A stretch of 32,000 nt of DNA from Propionibacterium ruminifibrarum (GTDB lineage Bacteria > Actinomycetota > Actinomycetes > Propionibacteriales > Propionibacteriaceae). The translations under genes and the position numbers were made by a program. A model generated the notes under the pieces. It searched no databases. It was not told where the DNA came from and worked only from the letters and a program-made list of their open reading frames with translations. Of the stretch, positions 9,731 to 17,465 are shown piece by piece. The DNA lies in the NCBI RefSeq assembly GCF_900289195.1, contig NZ_OMOH01000001.1, positions 208,706 to 240,705 on the forward strand. The letters run 5' to 3'. The first letter of the stretch is position 1, and each line of letters opens with the position of its first letter.

Positions 9731-12319
9731 GTGGAGGAGAGCACCGATGACCCCGGCGCGACACCCCCGCCGGATGAGGCTCTCACCGTTCTCCGGGAGA
9801 TCTCGGCCCGGCTCGGCACCATGGAGCAGCGCCTCGCCCGCCTCGAGGCGAGTCGGCGCCCTGCCGCCGCGCCACCACGCCCCCCGGAGCCGCCGACCGC
9901 ACCCGTGCCGCCGGCGCAGGCGTTCTGGGCCGCGCCGGCCGTCCCCGGGGCGCCACCGGCTCCCGGTGCTCATCCGCAGCAGCCGCTGACGGGCCCGCCG
10001 GTGCCCGGTGCCGGGCCCGCACCAGGCCAGTTCCCCGGCACTGCCCCGCCGGTATCGTCGGCCGCCACCCCGCCTCCCGGCGCCCGGCTCCCCGTTCAGC
10101 CTCCCGACGGCCATCTGCCGCCGCCACCTGCCGCGCCGGCCGCCGCACGGCTCGAAGCCGGCACGGAGAACAGGGTCGGCAAGTACCTCCTGTCGGGGGC
10201 GGCCGCCCTGCTCGTCCTGCTGTCGGCAACCACCCTCATCGCGATGTGGTGGGAGGCGATTCCCGATCTCGTGAAGGTCTCCACCGTCTTCGTCATCGGG
10301 GTGGTGCTCACCGTCATCGGGACGTGGCTGGCCATCCGCCGCCCCGGCAGCGTCCTGCACGCCGCGACCGTGACGGGGATCGGTGGCGGACTCGGATTCG
10401 TCGGGCTCATGGGGGCCTCGCTGCTCCACCTCGTGGCGCCGATCCCCTCCTTCGCCGCGCTGAGTGTGTGGACCCTCGTCCTGCTCGGTCTCGCCGCGCG
10501 CACCCGGCTGGTCTTCACCATCGTCATCGTCGCGCTCGGCGGGGTGGCGACGACGGCTCTCGCCGCCGGGCAGGCCGCCGAGAATCCCGACCAGGCCCTC
10601 CTCGCCCTGCTCCTCATGGTCGCCTACGCCGGTGCGACCAGCCTGACCTCGGCCGTGGTGGTCCGCTCCGTGCCCCCGCCGTCCCGCCCCGGGTATCTCC
10701 TGGCGCCCCTGCTGCTCATCATCACCACGGCCGTCCTCCTACCCATCGAGGCCGCCCACTGGATCTTCGAGCCCGGGGTGCTCGCCGGTGTCGGACTGCT
10801 CCTTGCCATCCTCATCGGGCACGTCCTGGTCCTCACGTCTGCCGCGTTCGCCGCTCACGGCGCGTCGCCGCCCTCACCGGCACCACCCGGGCAGGAGCAC
10901 CGCCCCGCAGCTGCTCAGCGGCCGACCCAGTGGGCCGCCAGCTGGCTCAGCGTGCCTCTCGTCCCGTTTCTCCTGGTCGCTCGGCCCGGCGGACTCGGTT
11001 CCTCCCTGAGCCTGGACGCGTTCTCCTACCTCATCCTCGCAGTCCTGGGCGTCACCGCACTCGCCCAGACCCTGCTGGCCTCCCTCCGCGCCGCCTCCGG
11101 GGCCTGGGCCTGCCACTGCCTCTTCGCCGCGGCCCTCCTGGCCGGACCGATCGGCATACACCTGGGCAGCGAGCGCACGCCACTGCTGCTCGGCGCGACC
11201 CTCCTCGTCGCGCTACTCGCCGAGCTCCCGGTGGTCCTCGCCGGACGTCAGTCGGGGGTGTGGGCCTTCGGCGTGCTCGTGTTCGCCGCGGGAGCGCTGC
11301 TGTCGGACCGCTGGGCGCTCGCCGCCGTCATCCTCGCGGCTGCGCTCGCCGCCATCGGGGTCGCGCTCGTCGTCGACCGACGGTCCGGCCAGAACAGCGC
11401 CGTGCGCGCGACGAGCGTGCTCGTCGCCGTCCTGCTCGTGTGGCGGGTTCCCGCCGCCGTGGGGTCCGTCGCGGACGGCCTGGCGCTGTCGACGCAGCAG
11501 GCGATGACCCTCAACTGGGCCCTCAGCGCGCTGGCATTCGTGGTCCTGTCGGCGCTCGGCCTGGGCGCGGGGCTGCACGGGCCCGTCGCCCTTCTCACCG
11601 GCCGCTTCGCCGGCGCCCGGGCCGTCATCGTGCCGGCCGCCCTCCCGGGCGGGACGTACCGCTCCTCGTCCCAGTCCGCCTGGGTGCTCGCCGTCCTCAT
11701 GTGGGTGTGGTCCTGGCAGCTGGTGCCGCTGGCCGACTGGGACTTCTGGGACGTGACCGCCCCCGGTGAACAGGTCCAGCGTCTCGTCCTCGCCGCGGCC
11801 CTCCTCGCCCTCGCGGTCACGTTCGTGTGGCTGCTGGCGCCGCTGGTCGCCCTGCCCCTCCACGGGCTCGCCACCGCATCCGGGGGCACGTGGTTCGTGG
11901 TCCTTGCGACCTGCCTGGCGAGCAGATCGGGCGCGGCGGGTGTCCCGGCGGGCATCGCGATGCTCGTCGCCGGGGCCCTGTCCATCGTGCTGGGCTTCCG
12001 ACAGAGGGCGCGGGCCGTCCGTCTCTACGGATTGGTTCTCGTCATCGTCATGGTCCTCAAGTTCGCCTTCTGGGACATCAGCGCGCAGAGTTCGCTGACG
12101 AGGGTCGTGTCACTGTTCATCGGCGGTCTCATCTGCTTCGCTCTGTCGGTGCTGTACGCGAGGGCGGACGCCCAGTGGGGCACGGCCCCCGGCCCGTCCG
12201 ACCCGCCTCCACCGGGCGCGCCGCAGGCGGGGCACCAGGGAACGCCGCCCGTCGGCACCTACCCGGCTGTGCCCCAGGGCGGTGCCCGCCGGCCGCACGG
12301 CGGTCCGACTCGGGTATGA
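9731..12319 (+). CDS. Large polytopic membrane protein, probably DUF2339 family, with a coiled-coil/Pro-rich N-terminus
   Basis: GTG 9731 is preceded by AAGGGAGGA. The N-terminus LREISARLGTMEQRLARLEA is followed by about 95 aa of Pro/Ala-rich linker, then more than 20 hydrophobic segments. The C-terminal block VRLYGLVLVIVMVLKFAFWDI...SLFIGGLICFALSVLYAR matches my memory of DUF2339. The family call comes from memory only. Confidence 0.8.
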   Translation: MEESTDDPGATPPPDEALTVLREISARLGTMEQRLARLEASRRPAAAPPRPPEPPTAPVPPAQAFWAAPAVPGAPPAPGAHPQQPLTGPPVPGAGPAPGQFPGTAPPVSSAATPPPGARLPVQPPDGHLPPPPAAPAAARLEAGTENRVGKYLLSGAAALLVLLSATTLIAMWWEAIPDLVKVSTVFVIGVVLTVIGTWLAIRRPGSVLHAATVTGIGGGLGFVGLMGASLLHLVAPIPSFAALSVWTLVLLGLAARTRLVFTIVIVALGGVATTALAAGQAAENPDQALLALLLMVAYAGATSLTSAVVVRSVPPPSRPGYLLAPLLLIITTAVLLPIEAAHWIFEPGVLAGVGLLLAILIGHVLVLTSAAFAAHGASPPSPAPPGQEHRPAAAQRPTQWAASWLSVPLVPFLLVARPGGLGSSLSLDAFSYLILAVLGVTALAQTLLASLRAASGAWACHCLFAAALLAGPIGIHLGSERTPLLLGATLLVALLAELPVVLAGRQSGVWAFGVLVFAAGALLSDRWALAAVILAAALAAIGVALVVDRRSGQNSAVRATSVLVAVLLVWRVPAAVGSVADGLALSTQQAMTLNWALSALAFVVLSALGLGAGLHGPVALLTGRFAGARAVIVPAALPGGTYRSSSQSAWVLAVLMWVWSWQLVPLADWDFWDVTAPGEQVQRLVLAAALLALAVTFVWLLAPLVALPLHGLATASGGTWFVVLATCLASRSGAAGVPAGIAMLVAGALSIVLGFRQRARAVRLYGLVLVIVMVLKFAFWDISAQSSLTRVVSLFIGGLICFALSVLYARADAQWGTAPGPSDPPPPGAPQAGHQGTPPVGTYPAVPQGGARRPHGGPTRV

Positions 12320-12489
12320 CACGCCCCGGCGCCGGCTCCCCCGGTGGTGTCCGGGGACCGGCCCGGCGCGCCGTGCCGCACGAAGGGGGCACCACCCCGA
12401 ACGGAGCCGGACCCGGGCCGCTCCCCCGTTCTGGGCCGAACCCGGCCCGCATCCCCGCCCCGAGGGCCGGGGTGCGGCACGATAGGACC

Positions 12490-13077
12490 ATGCGAATCCG
12501 TCGTGCCCTGGCCGATCTCGGCTGGTGGCTGTCCCCCTACCGTCTCGTCGGCCGCCCCCTGCCGTCCGAACCCGGCATCTTCCTGGGCGCTCCCCACACG
12601 AGCAACTGGGATTTCGTCGCCTTCCTCGGTGTCGCCTGGCACTACGAGATGCCGATGAAGGTGCTCATCAAGGACTCCTGGGTGAAGGGTCCGGCGGGCC
12701 CCCTCATCACGGCGATGGGTGGTGTCGGCGTCGACCGTTCCAGGCCGTCGGGCCTGGTCGAGGATCTCGTCCACCGGGCCGAGCGGGGTGAGCACTTCCA
12801 ACTCGTCATCGCACCGAAGGGGACCCGCTCGCCACGGGACTACTGGAGGTCGGGGTTCCATCGGATCGCCCTCGGCTCGGGGCTGCCCGTCACGCTGGCC
12901 GGCATCGACCACGGGCGCAGGGAGGTCGAGATCGGCCCCACGCTGATGATGAGTGACGACGTGAGGGCCGACATGGCCGAGATCCGCGCGTTCTACGCGC
13001 GCTTCGGCGGCGTCGTCCCGGCCAGACGCTCCGAACCGCGCCTGCGTGAGGAGGACGCCGACCAGCCAGTTCGCTGA
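12490..13077 (+). CDS. PlsC-type (lysophospholipid/1-acyl-glycerol-3-phosphate) acyltransferase family protein
   Basis: The HX4D catalytic motif (HTSNWD) sits near the N-terminus. Downstream are the FxxR-like GGVGVDR block and an APKGTRS (PEGTR-like) block. Confidence 0.8.
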   Translation: MRIRRALADLGWWLSPYRLVGRPLPSEPGIFLGAPHTSNWDFVAFLGVAWHYEMPMKVLIKDSWVKGPAGPLITAMGGVGVDRSRPSGLVEDLVHRAERGEHFQLVIAPKGTRSPRDYWRSGFHRIALGSGLPVTLAGIDHGRREVEIGPTLMMSDDVRADMAEIRAFYARFGGVVPARRSEPRLREEDADQPVR

Positions 13078-13174
13078 CCATCCACCGCCCGCATGCCCTC
13101 CAGCCCGCGGCGGGTCACCCCGGTTGACGCAACCTCCGCTGATAACCTTCAGTTGAACTTCCTCAGGAGTCTTG

Positions 13175-14761
13175 ATGAGCGATTACCCCGATGCCGGCGC
13201 CGATGAGTTCGGCGAGGAGACCGGTCTCAACCTTTTCGACGACCGGGCCAGCGCGGCCGGCAGCTTCCCCCACGCCATGATGGGCTACGACCGCGGCACG
13301 GTCGACAACTACGTGCGTGACCTCGAGCACCGTCTGGCCGCCGCCCGCCAGCTCAACCGCGACCGGCTGCGCGACCTCGAGATGCTCAAGGCCCAGCAGG
13401 GCACCACCGATTTCACCCGGCTCGGTTCACACGCCACGGCTCTGCTGCGTGCCGCCGAGGCCCAGTCCGACGACCTCGTCTCGAAAGCCGGTATCGAGGC
13501 CGAACGGATCAAGGAGGAGGGCCGTCGCGTCGCCGCCGACCTGCGCGCGAACGCCCAGACCGAGGCGGACGACATCCGCGTCTCTGGCATGACGAACCTG
13601 CGGACCATGCGTGAGGAGCTCCAGCGCCAGAGCCAGTCGATCCTGGACGAGGCCCGGGCGCAGGCCAACAATCTCGTCGAGACCGCCCAGCGCCACGCGC
13701 AGACGATCACCGAGGAGGCCGAGCACAACGCCGCCATGACGCGCCGCGCCGCCGAGGGCGAGGCGGAGGCCTCCCGCAACCAGATCGCGCAGGACGCCGC
13801 CGACGCCGCCACCGCCTCGCGGAACGAGGCCGATCAGATCACCGGGGCCGCCCGTACCCAGGCCGAGCAGATCTTGGCCAACGCCCGTGCCGAGGCCGAG
13901 GAGCTCAAGGCCGACGCCAACGCGCAGGCCAGTGATCTGCTCGCCGCCGCCCGCTCCGAGGCCACGGATGTGCGGACGAAGGCCGAGCAGGACGCCGCCG
14001 ATCTGCTGAGGGATGCCAGATCGGAGGCCTCCGACACCACGACGAAGGCCAACCAGCTGGCTTCCGACACCGCCAGTGCCGCCCAGGCCCAGGCCGAGCA
14101 GATCCTGAATGAGGCACGCGACGAGGCGGACACGATCCGCGCCGAGGCCAACGAGCAGGCCAGGATCCGCCAGGACGAGGCCAACGCCCAGGCCGAGGCG
14201 ATGCGCGCCGAGATGACCGAGCTCTACGCCGCCGCGACGAAGGCCTCCGAGGAGTCCACGCGTCTGACCCAGGCGCAGGCCGCCGAGGCCCGCAAGGTCA
14301 CCGATGAGGCCCTCGAGAACGCCGAGCAGATCAAGACCGAGGCCGCGAACATGGCCGAGGCCACGGTCGCCGCTGCGAACAGGCAGTCGGCGATGATGAA
14401 GGACCGTCTCGAGGAGCAGTACGCCTGGCGCAAGGAGCAGCTCGAGCGCGAGGTCAATGCCCTGCAGCTGCGCAAGGACGCCCTCGTGGCGCAACTCGCC
14501 AACATCCGTGAGCTCGGCGAGGAGGCCGCGGAGGATTTCGGTGCCGCCGATGCCGCCGAGCCCGAGGCAGACGTGCGACTGCCGCTGGCCGAGGGCGCGG
14601 ACGAGAGCGCCGAGGACACGCACGAGATCCCGGTCACCGACGGCCAGGAATGGCTCAAGGAGGCTCCTGCCGACCAGGGGCGGGCCGGAGCCGACGAGCC
14701 CACCGCCCTCATCAACACCGAGCGGCTCAAGGGGGCGGGTGCTCAGCAGACGGATCAGTGA
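13175..14761 (+). CDS. DivIVA-domain coiled-coil protein (FilP/Scy-like cytoskeletal candidate)
   Basis: AGGAG lies 5 nt before ATG 13175. The N-terminal DivIVA signature is FPHAMMGYDRGTVDNYVRDLEHRL. About 360 aa of Ala/Glu/Gln-rich helical repeats follow, then an acidic tail. Confidence 0.88.
   Translation: MSDYPDAGADEFGEETGLNLFDDRASAAGSFPHAMMGYDRGTVDNYVRDLEHRLAAARQLNRDRLRDLEMLKAQQGTTDFTRLGSHATALLRAAEAQSDDLVSKAGIEAERIKEEGRRVAADLRANAQTEADDIRVSGMTNLRTMREELQRQSQSILDEARAQANNLVETAQRHAQTITEEAEHNAAMTRRAAEGEAEASRNQIAQDAADAATASRNEADQITGAARTQAEQILANARAEAEELKADANAQASDLLAAARSEATDVRTKAEQDAADLLRDARSEASDTTTKANQLASDTASAAQAQAEQILNEARDEADTIRAEANEQARIRQDEANAQAEAMRAEMTELYAAATKASEESTRLTQAQAAEARKVTDEALENAEQIKTEAANMAEATVAAANRQSAMMKDRLEEQYAWRKEQLEREVNALQLRKDALVAQLANIRELGEEAAEDFGAADAAEPEADVRLPLAEGADESAEDTHEIPVTDGQEWLKEAPADQGRAGADEPTALINTERLKGAGAQQTDQ
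13433..14521 (+). repeat. Array of 33 consecutive in-phase 11-residue (hendecad) repeats encoded within the DivIVA-domain gene
   Basis: Manual parsing gives repeat starts at ORF residues 88, 99, 110 ... 440, numbering from the TTG at 13172. Position 1 is Ala or Ser in 25 of 33 units. Positions 4 and 8 were tabulated only for the first 24 units: position 4 is Ile/Leu/Val/Met in 17 of them, and position 8 is Ala in 17. At DNA level CAGGCCGAGCAGATC recurs at 13859 and 14090, which is 231 nt or 7 hendecads apart. Confidence 0.85.
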
Positions 14762-14822
14762 GTGCCGCTGCGCAGTACGGCACGCCCCCTGACGCTCACT
14801 CGTGAGGGCGTCCATCCTGGCC

Positions 14823-14847
14823 GGAGAGGACTCAGAAGAGCCTCTCC
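14823..14847. terminator. Hairpin GGAGAGG(a)CTC-agaa-GAGCCTCTCC overlapping the nucS stop codon, between convergent genes
   Basis: Read directly from the sequence: a 7+3 bp stem with one bulged A. Two weaker hairpins lie at 14762-14783 and 14791-14812. Confidence 0.4.
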
Positions 14848-15542
14848 TCGGAGTTGTCGATGCCGCGCAGCGCATCGTAGTCGACCGTCAGACAGGTGAT
14901 GCCACGGTCGGCGGCCAGGACACGGGCCTGCGGCCTGATCTCCTGGGCCGCGAAGACCCCGGTGACCGGCGCGATGAGCGGGTCGCGGTTCATCAGCTCG
15001 AGGTAGCGGGTGAGCTGTTCGACACCGTCGATCTCGCCGCGGCGCTTGACCTCGACGGCCACGTAGGCGCCCTGCGCGTCGTGCAGCATGAGATCGACCG
15101 GCCCGATCGGGGTCGGGTACTCGCGCCGCACCAGCGTGTACCCCTCGCCGAAGGTGCTGGGGTTCTCGGCGAGCAGAGCCTGCAAATGGGCCTCGACGCC
15201 GTCCTTGCGCAGCCCGGGTTCGACACCCAGCTCGTACTCGTGGTCGTCGATGATCTCGGCGATGGCGATCTGCAGGGTGTCCTTGTCCGCGCCCCTGACC
15301 GTCCACACCTGCTGGATCTGCTCATCCAGGTCAGACGTCGTCGCGGCCAGATCCTCGGGCGCGTCCTGCACGGTGAGCGTGCACGGCGGAGTCATCCAGT
15401 TGAGCGGCTTGTAGGCACGGTCATCGGCGTGGACGGACACCGCACCGTCGGCCTTGATCATGATGAGCCTGGTGGACATCGGCAGATGGGCCGTGAGCTT
15501 GCCGCCGTAGTCGACCTGGCATCGGGCAATCACCAAACGCAC
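14832..15542 (-). CDS. nucS: Endonuclease NucS/EndoMS (mismatch-specific, non-canonical mismatch repair)
   Basis: The N-terminus [21 protein letters not shown] is typical of NucS, as are the length of 236 aa and the RecB-like C-terminal half (DLMLHD...[17 protein letters not shown]). The protein ends in ...EERLF, consistent with the C-terminal clamp-binding tail described for actinobacterial NucS. Confidence 0.92.
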   Translation of the reverse strand: MRLVIARCQVDYGGKLTAHLPMSTRLIMIKADGAVSVHADDRAYKPLNWMTPPCTLTVQDAPEDLAATTSDLDEQIQQVWTVRGADKDTLQIAIAEIIDDHEYELGVEPGLRKDGVEAHLQALLAENPSTFGEGYTLVRREYPTPIGPVDLMLHDAQGAYVAVEVKRRGEIDGVEQLTRYLELMNRDPLIAPVTGVFAAQEIRPQARVLAADRGITCLTVDYDALRGIDNSEERLF

Positions 15543-15609
15543 CCGGCCAAACTACCAGCGTCGACGCCGCTCCACGCCCGGGGGCGGACGGACCGGTTAG
15601 TCTTGACCC

Positions 15610-15888
15610 GTGGCACGTCACCGTCCGAGCAAGCACACCCGCCCTGCGCGGCCCCTGGGTCTCGCCTCGTTCCAGACCAGCGCGACCAAGCAGGACGGTC
15701 GCTGGGTGCTGCGCCAGATCCGGGCCGGGCAGTCGACGAAGGACTACCGCTGCCCCGAGTGCGATCAGCTCATCAGGCCGGGCACGGCTCACGTCGTGGC
15801 CTGGCCGCACACTCCCCCGGTCGGCTCCACATCCGGTCTGGACTTTCGCCGACACTTCCACACCTCCTGCTGGAACCGCAGGCCGTGA
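15610..15888 (+). CDS. Small conserved hypothetical protein with CxxC...HxxxC (zinc-ribbon-like) motif
   Basis: Third-position GC is high. The product contains YRCPECDQLIRPGTAHVVAWP...RRHFHTSCWNRR. The GTG start at 15610 is uncertain. The stop overlaps the start of the next gene (GTGA). Confidence 0.65.
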   Translation: MARHRPSKHTRPARPLGLASFQTSATKQDGRWVLRQIRAGQSTKDYRCPECDQLIRPGTAHVVAWPHTPPVGSTSGLDFRRHFHTSCWNRRP

Positions 15889-16685
15889 CCACCACCGGGT
15901 TGCACGTCACCACGACCGGTACGGGCCCGCGGCCCGTCGTCTTCCTGCATGGTTTCCTCGGGCAGGGCCGCAACCTCGCCACGGCCGCGAGAAGCATCGG
16001 CGACCTGGCGACGAGCCTGCTCGTCGACGTCCCCAACCACGGCCGATCCGGCTGGACGGAGCACTTCGACTACCTCCAGTTCGCCGACATCATCGCCGAC
16101 GCCGTGCGCGCCGGCGGCGCCGTCACCCGGCCGGTCACCCTCGTCGGGCACTCGATGGGCGGCAAGATCGCGATGTGCTTGACCCTGCGGCACCCCGACC
16201 TGGTCGAGCGTCTGGTGGTGGTCGACGCCTCACCGGCCCGCTACGAGCGGACCGAGTTCTTCGAACGGGTCGTCGAGGCGATGGCCGCGCTCGGCACGGA
16301 GGGCATCGCCTCGCGGGATCACGCCGACACCGCGCTGTCCAGCCTCGTCCCGGACGAGGCGACCCGAGGATTCCTGCTGCAGAACCTGTACCGCGGGCCG
16401 TCGGCCGACGGCCCCACCTGGCAGTGGCGGTGCAACGTGGCGATGCTGCGCGCCGAACTGGATCGGATGGCCGATTTCCCCTCAATGGGTGGCGCCAGCT
16501 GGGACGGACCGGTGCTGTGGGTCGCCGGCGCCCGCTCCGACCACGTGCACCCATCCCATACCCGGGCCATGCGCGCACTGTTCCCGCGGACCAGGCTGGT
16601 GCGCGTCAAGGACGCGGGGCACTGGGTTCACGCCGACCAGCCGAAGGTCTTCGCGCAGCTGCTGCGGGCCTTCCTGGTGGAGTGA
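15885..16685 (+). CDS. Alpha/beta-fold hydrolase (esterase family)
   Basis: It has an HG oxyanion block (VVFLHGFLGQGRN), the nucleophile elbow GHSMGG, and a C-terminal DAGHWVHADQP block carrying the catalytic His. The GTG at 15885 overlaps the upstream TGA. Confidence 0.85.
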   Translation: MTTTGLHVTTTGTGPRPVVFLHGFLGQGRNLATAARSIGDLATSLLVDVPNHGRSGWTEHFDYLQFADIIADAVRAGGAVTRPVTLVGHSMGGKIAMCLTLRHPDLVERLVVVDASPARYERTEFFERVVEAMAALGTEGIASRDHADTALSSLVPDEATRGFLLQNLYRGPSADGPTWQWRCNVAMLRAELDRMADFPSMGGASWDGPVLWVAGARSDHVHPSHTRAMRALFPRTRLVRVKDAGHWVHADQPKVFAQLLRAFLVE

Positions 16686-16695
16686 ACCCGCGGCG

Positions 16696-17400
16696 TCAGC
16701 CCAGCGTGACCTGCTTGAACGTCGTGTCGGCAGCCGGTGCGGGCGAGGCATCGGGTTTGAATCCTCGCTCCGCGATCTCGGAGAGCACCTGCTGGCCCGC
16801 CTCGTCGACGGTGCCGAGCACCGGGTAGTCGCCGTCGATCGTCGACTCGGCGTGGGTCATGAAGAACTGGCCGCCATCGTGTTCCGGATCGGCGAGCACG
16901 ACCACCCCCGCCGGGTAGTGGCACTCGGTGCGGGCCTCGTCGGAGCAGGTGACCAGGGGCGAACCGGTCTCGGGGGCGAGGCCGTATCCGGAGGTGCCCC
17001 GGCCGGTGCCGCTGGGGTCGCCGCACTGCAGGATCCGGATTCCGGCCGTTGTCAGTCGGTGGCAGCCGGTGCCGGTGTAGTAGCCCTGCCCCGCCAGCGA
17101 CTCGAAGGAGTGGACCGCGCACGGGGCGGCGGACCGGTCGAGGGTGAGCGTGAGCGTTCCTGCGCCCATCACCAGGGTGACCGTGACGGTGCCCGAGGCG
17201 GGCACCTGGGAGCCGCTCGGAGGGTCTGCGACTCTCGCCGCACCGCCCGTGACGGTGTAGTCGCAGGTGACCCTGGTGACGGCGGGGCTGGTCGGCGCAT
17301 CGTTCGCCGGGCCGGCGGCGCACCCACCCAGTACCAGGGCCCCCGCCGCTGCCGCGACGCCCACGACTCGTCCCGCCCTGCTCATCGTCTGCTCACTCAT
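16696..17400 (-). CDS. Cyclophilin-type peptidyl-prolyl cis-trans isomerase, lipoprotein
   Basis: The signal peptide carries a lipobox (ALVLGGC). Cyclophilin blocks are APCAVHSFESLAGQGYYTGTGCHRL, LQCGDPSGTGRG and GGQFFM. Confidence 0.85.
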   Translation of the reverse strand: MSEQTMSRAGRVVGVAAAAGALVLGGCAAGPANDAPTSPAVTRVTCDYTVTGGAARVADPPSGSQVPASGTVTVTLVMGAGTLTLTLDRSAAPCAVHSFESLAGQGYYTGTGCHRLTTAGIRILQCGDPSGTGRGTSGYGLAPETGSPLVTCSDEARTECHYPAGVVVLADPEHDGGQFFMTHAESTIDGDYPVLGTVDEAGQQVLSEIAERGFKPDASPAPAADTTFKQVTLG

Positions 17401-17465
17401 GATTGTTCAAGGTTGTCACGACCTGAGCCTTCAGCCGGCAGCGCCATGCCGATTAGTCTGAGCAC

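Noticed and set aside
10246-11769. 507-aa Arg/Pro-rich ORF in an alternative plus-strand frame within the DUF2339-like gene
   Set aside because: It is an out-of-frame shadow of a membrane-protein gene. Its extreme Arg/Pro/Gly composition is implausible as a real protein.
13859-14104. DNA-level repeat CAGGCCGAGCAGATC recurring 231 nt apart, considered as a possible CRISPR or tandem-repeat locus
   Set aside because: The repeats lie inside an intact ORF. Their spacing is an exact multiple of 33 nt (7 hendecads), so they reflect protein-level repeats, not a CRISPR array or non-coding satellite.
13427-14875. 482-aa minus-strand ORF antisense to the DivIVA-domain gene
   Set aside because: It is the complement of an Ala/Glu-rich repeat gene, which gives a Leu/Gly/Arg-rich pseudo-protein. 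It also overlaps the nucS 3' end. There is no support for it.
14802-15884. N-terminal 361 codons of the 627-aa track ORF 14802..16685
   Set aside because: This part is antisense to nucS and overlaps the small Zn-ribbon ORF in another frame. Hydrolase homology starts only at GTG 15885, which forms a GTGA junction with the upstream stop.
17401-17465. Possible cobalamin riboswitch upstream of the adenosyltransferase gene
   Set aside because: Only 65 nt are available between the divergent start codons. That is far too short for a cobalamin riboswitch, and I could not find a B12-box-like motif.
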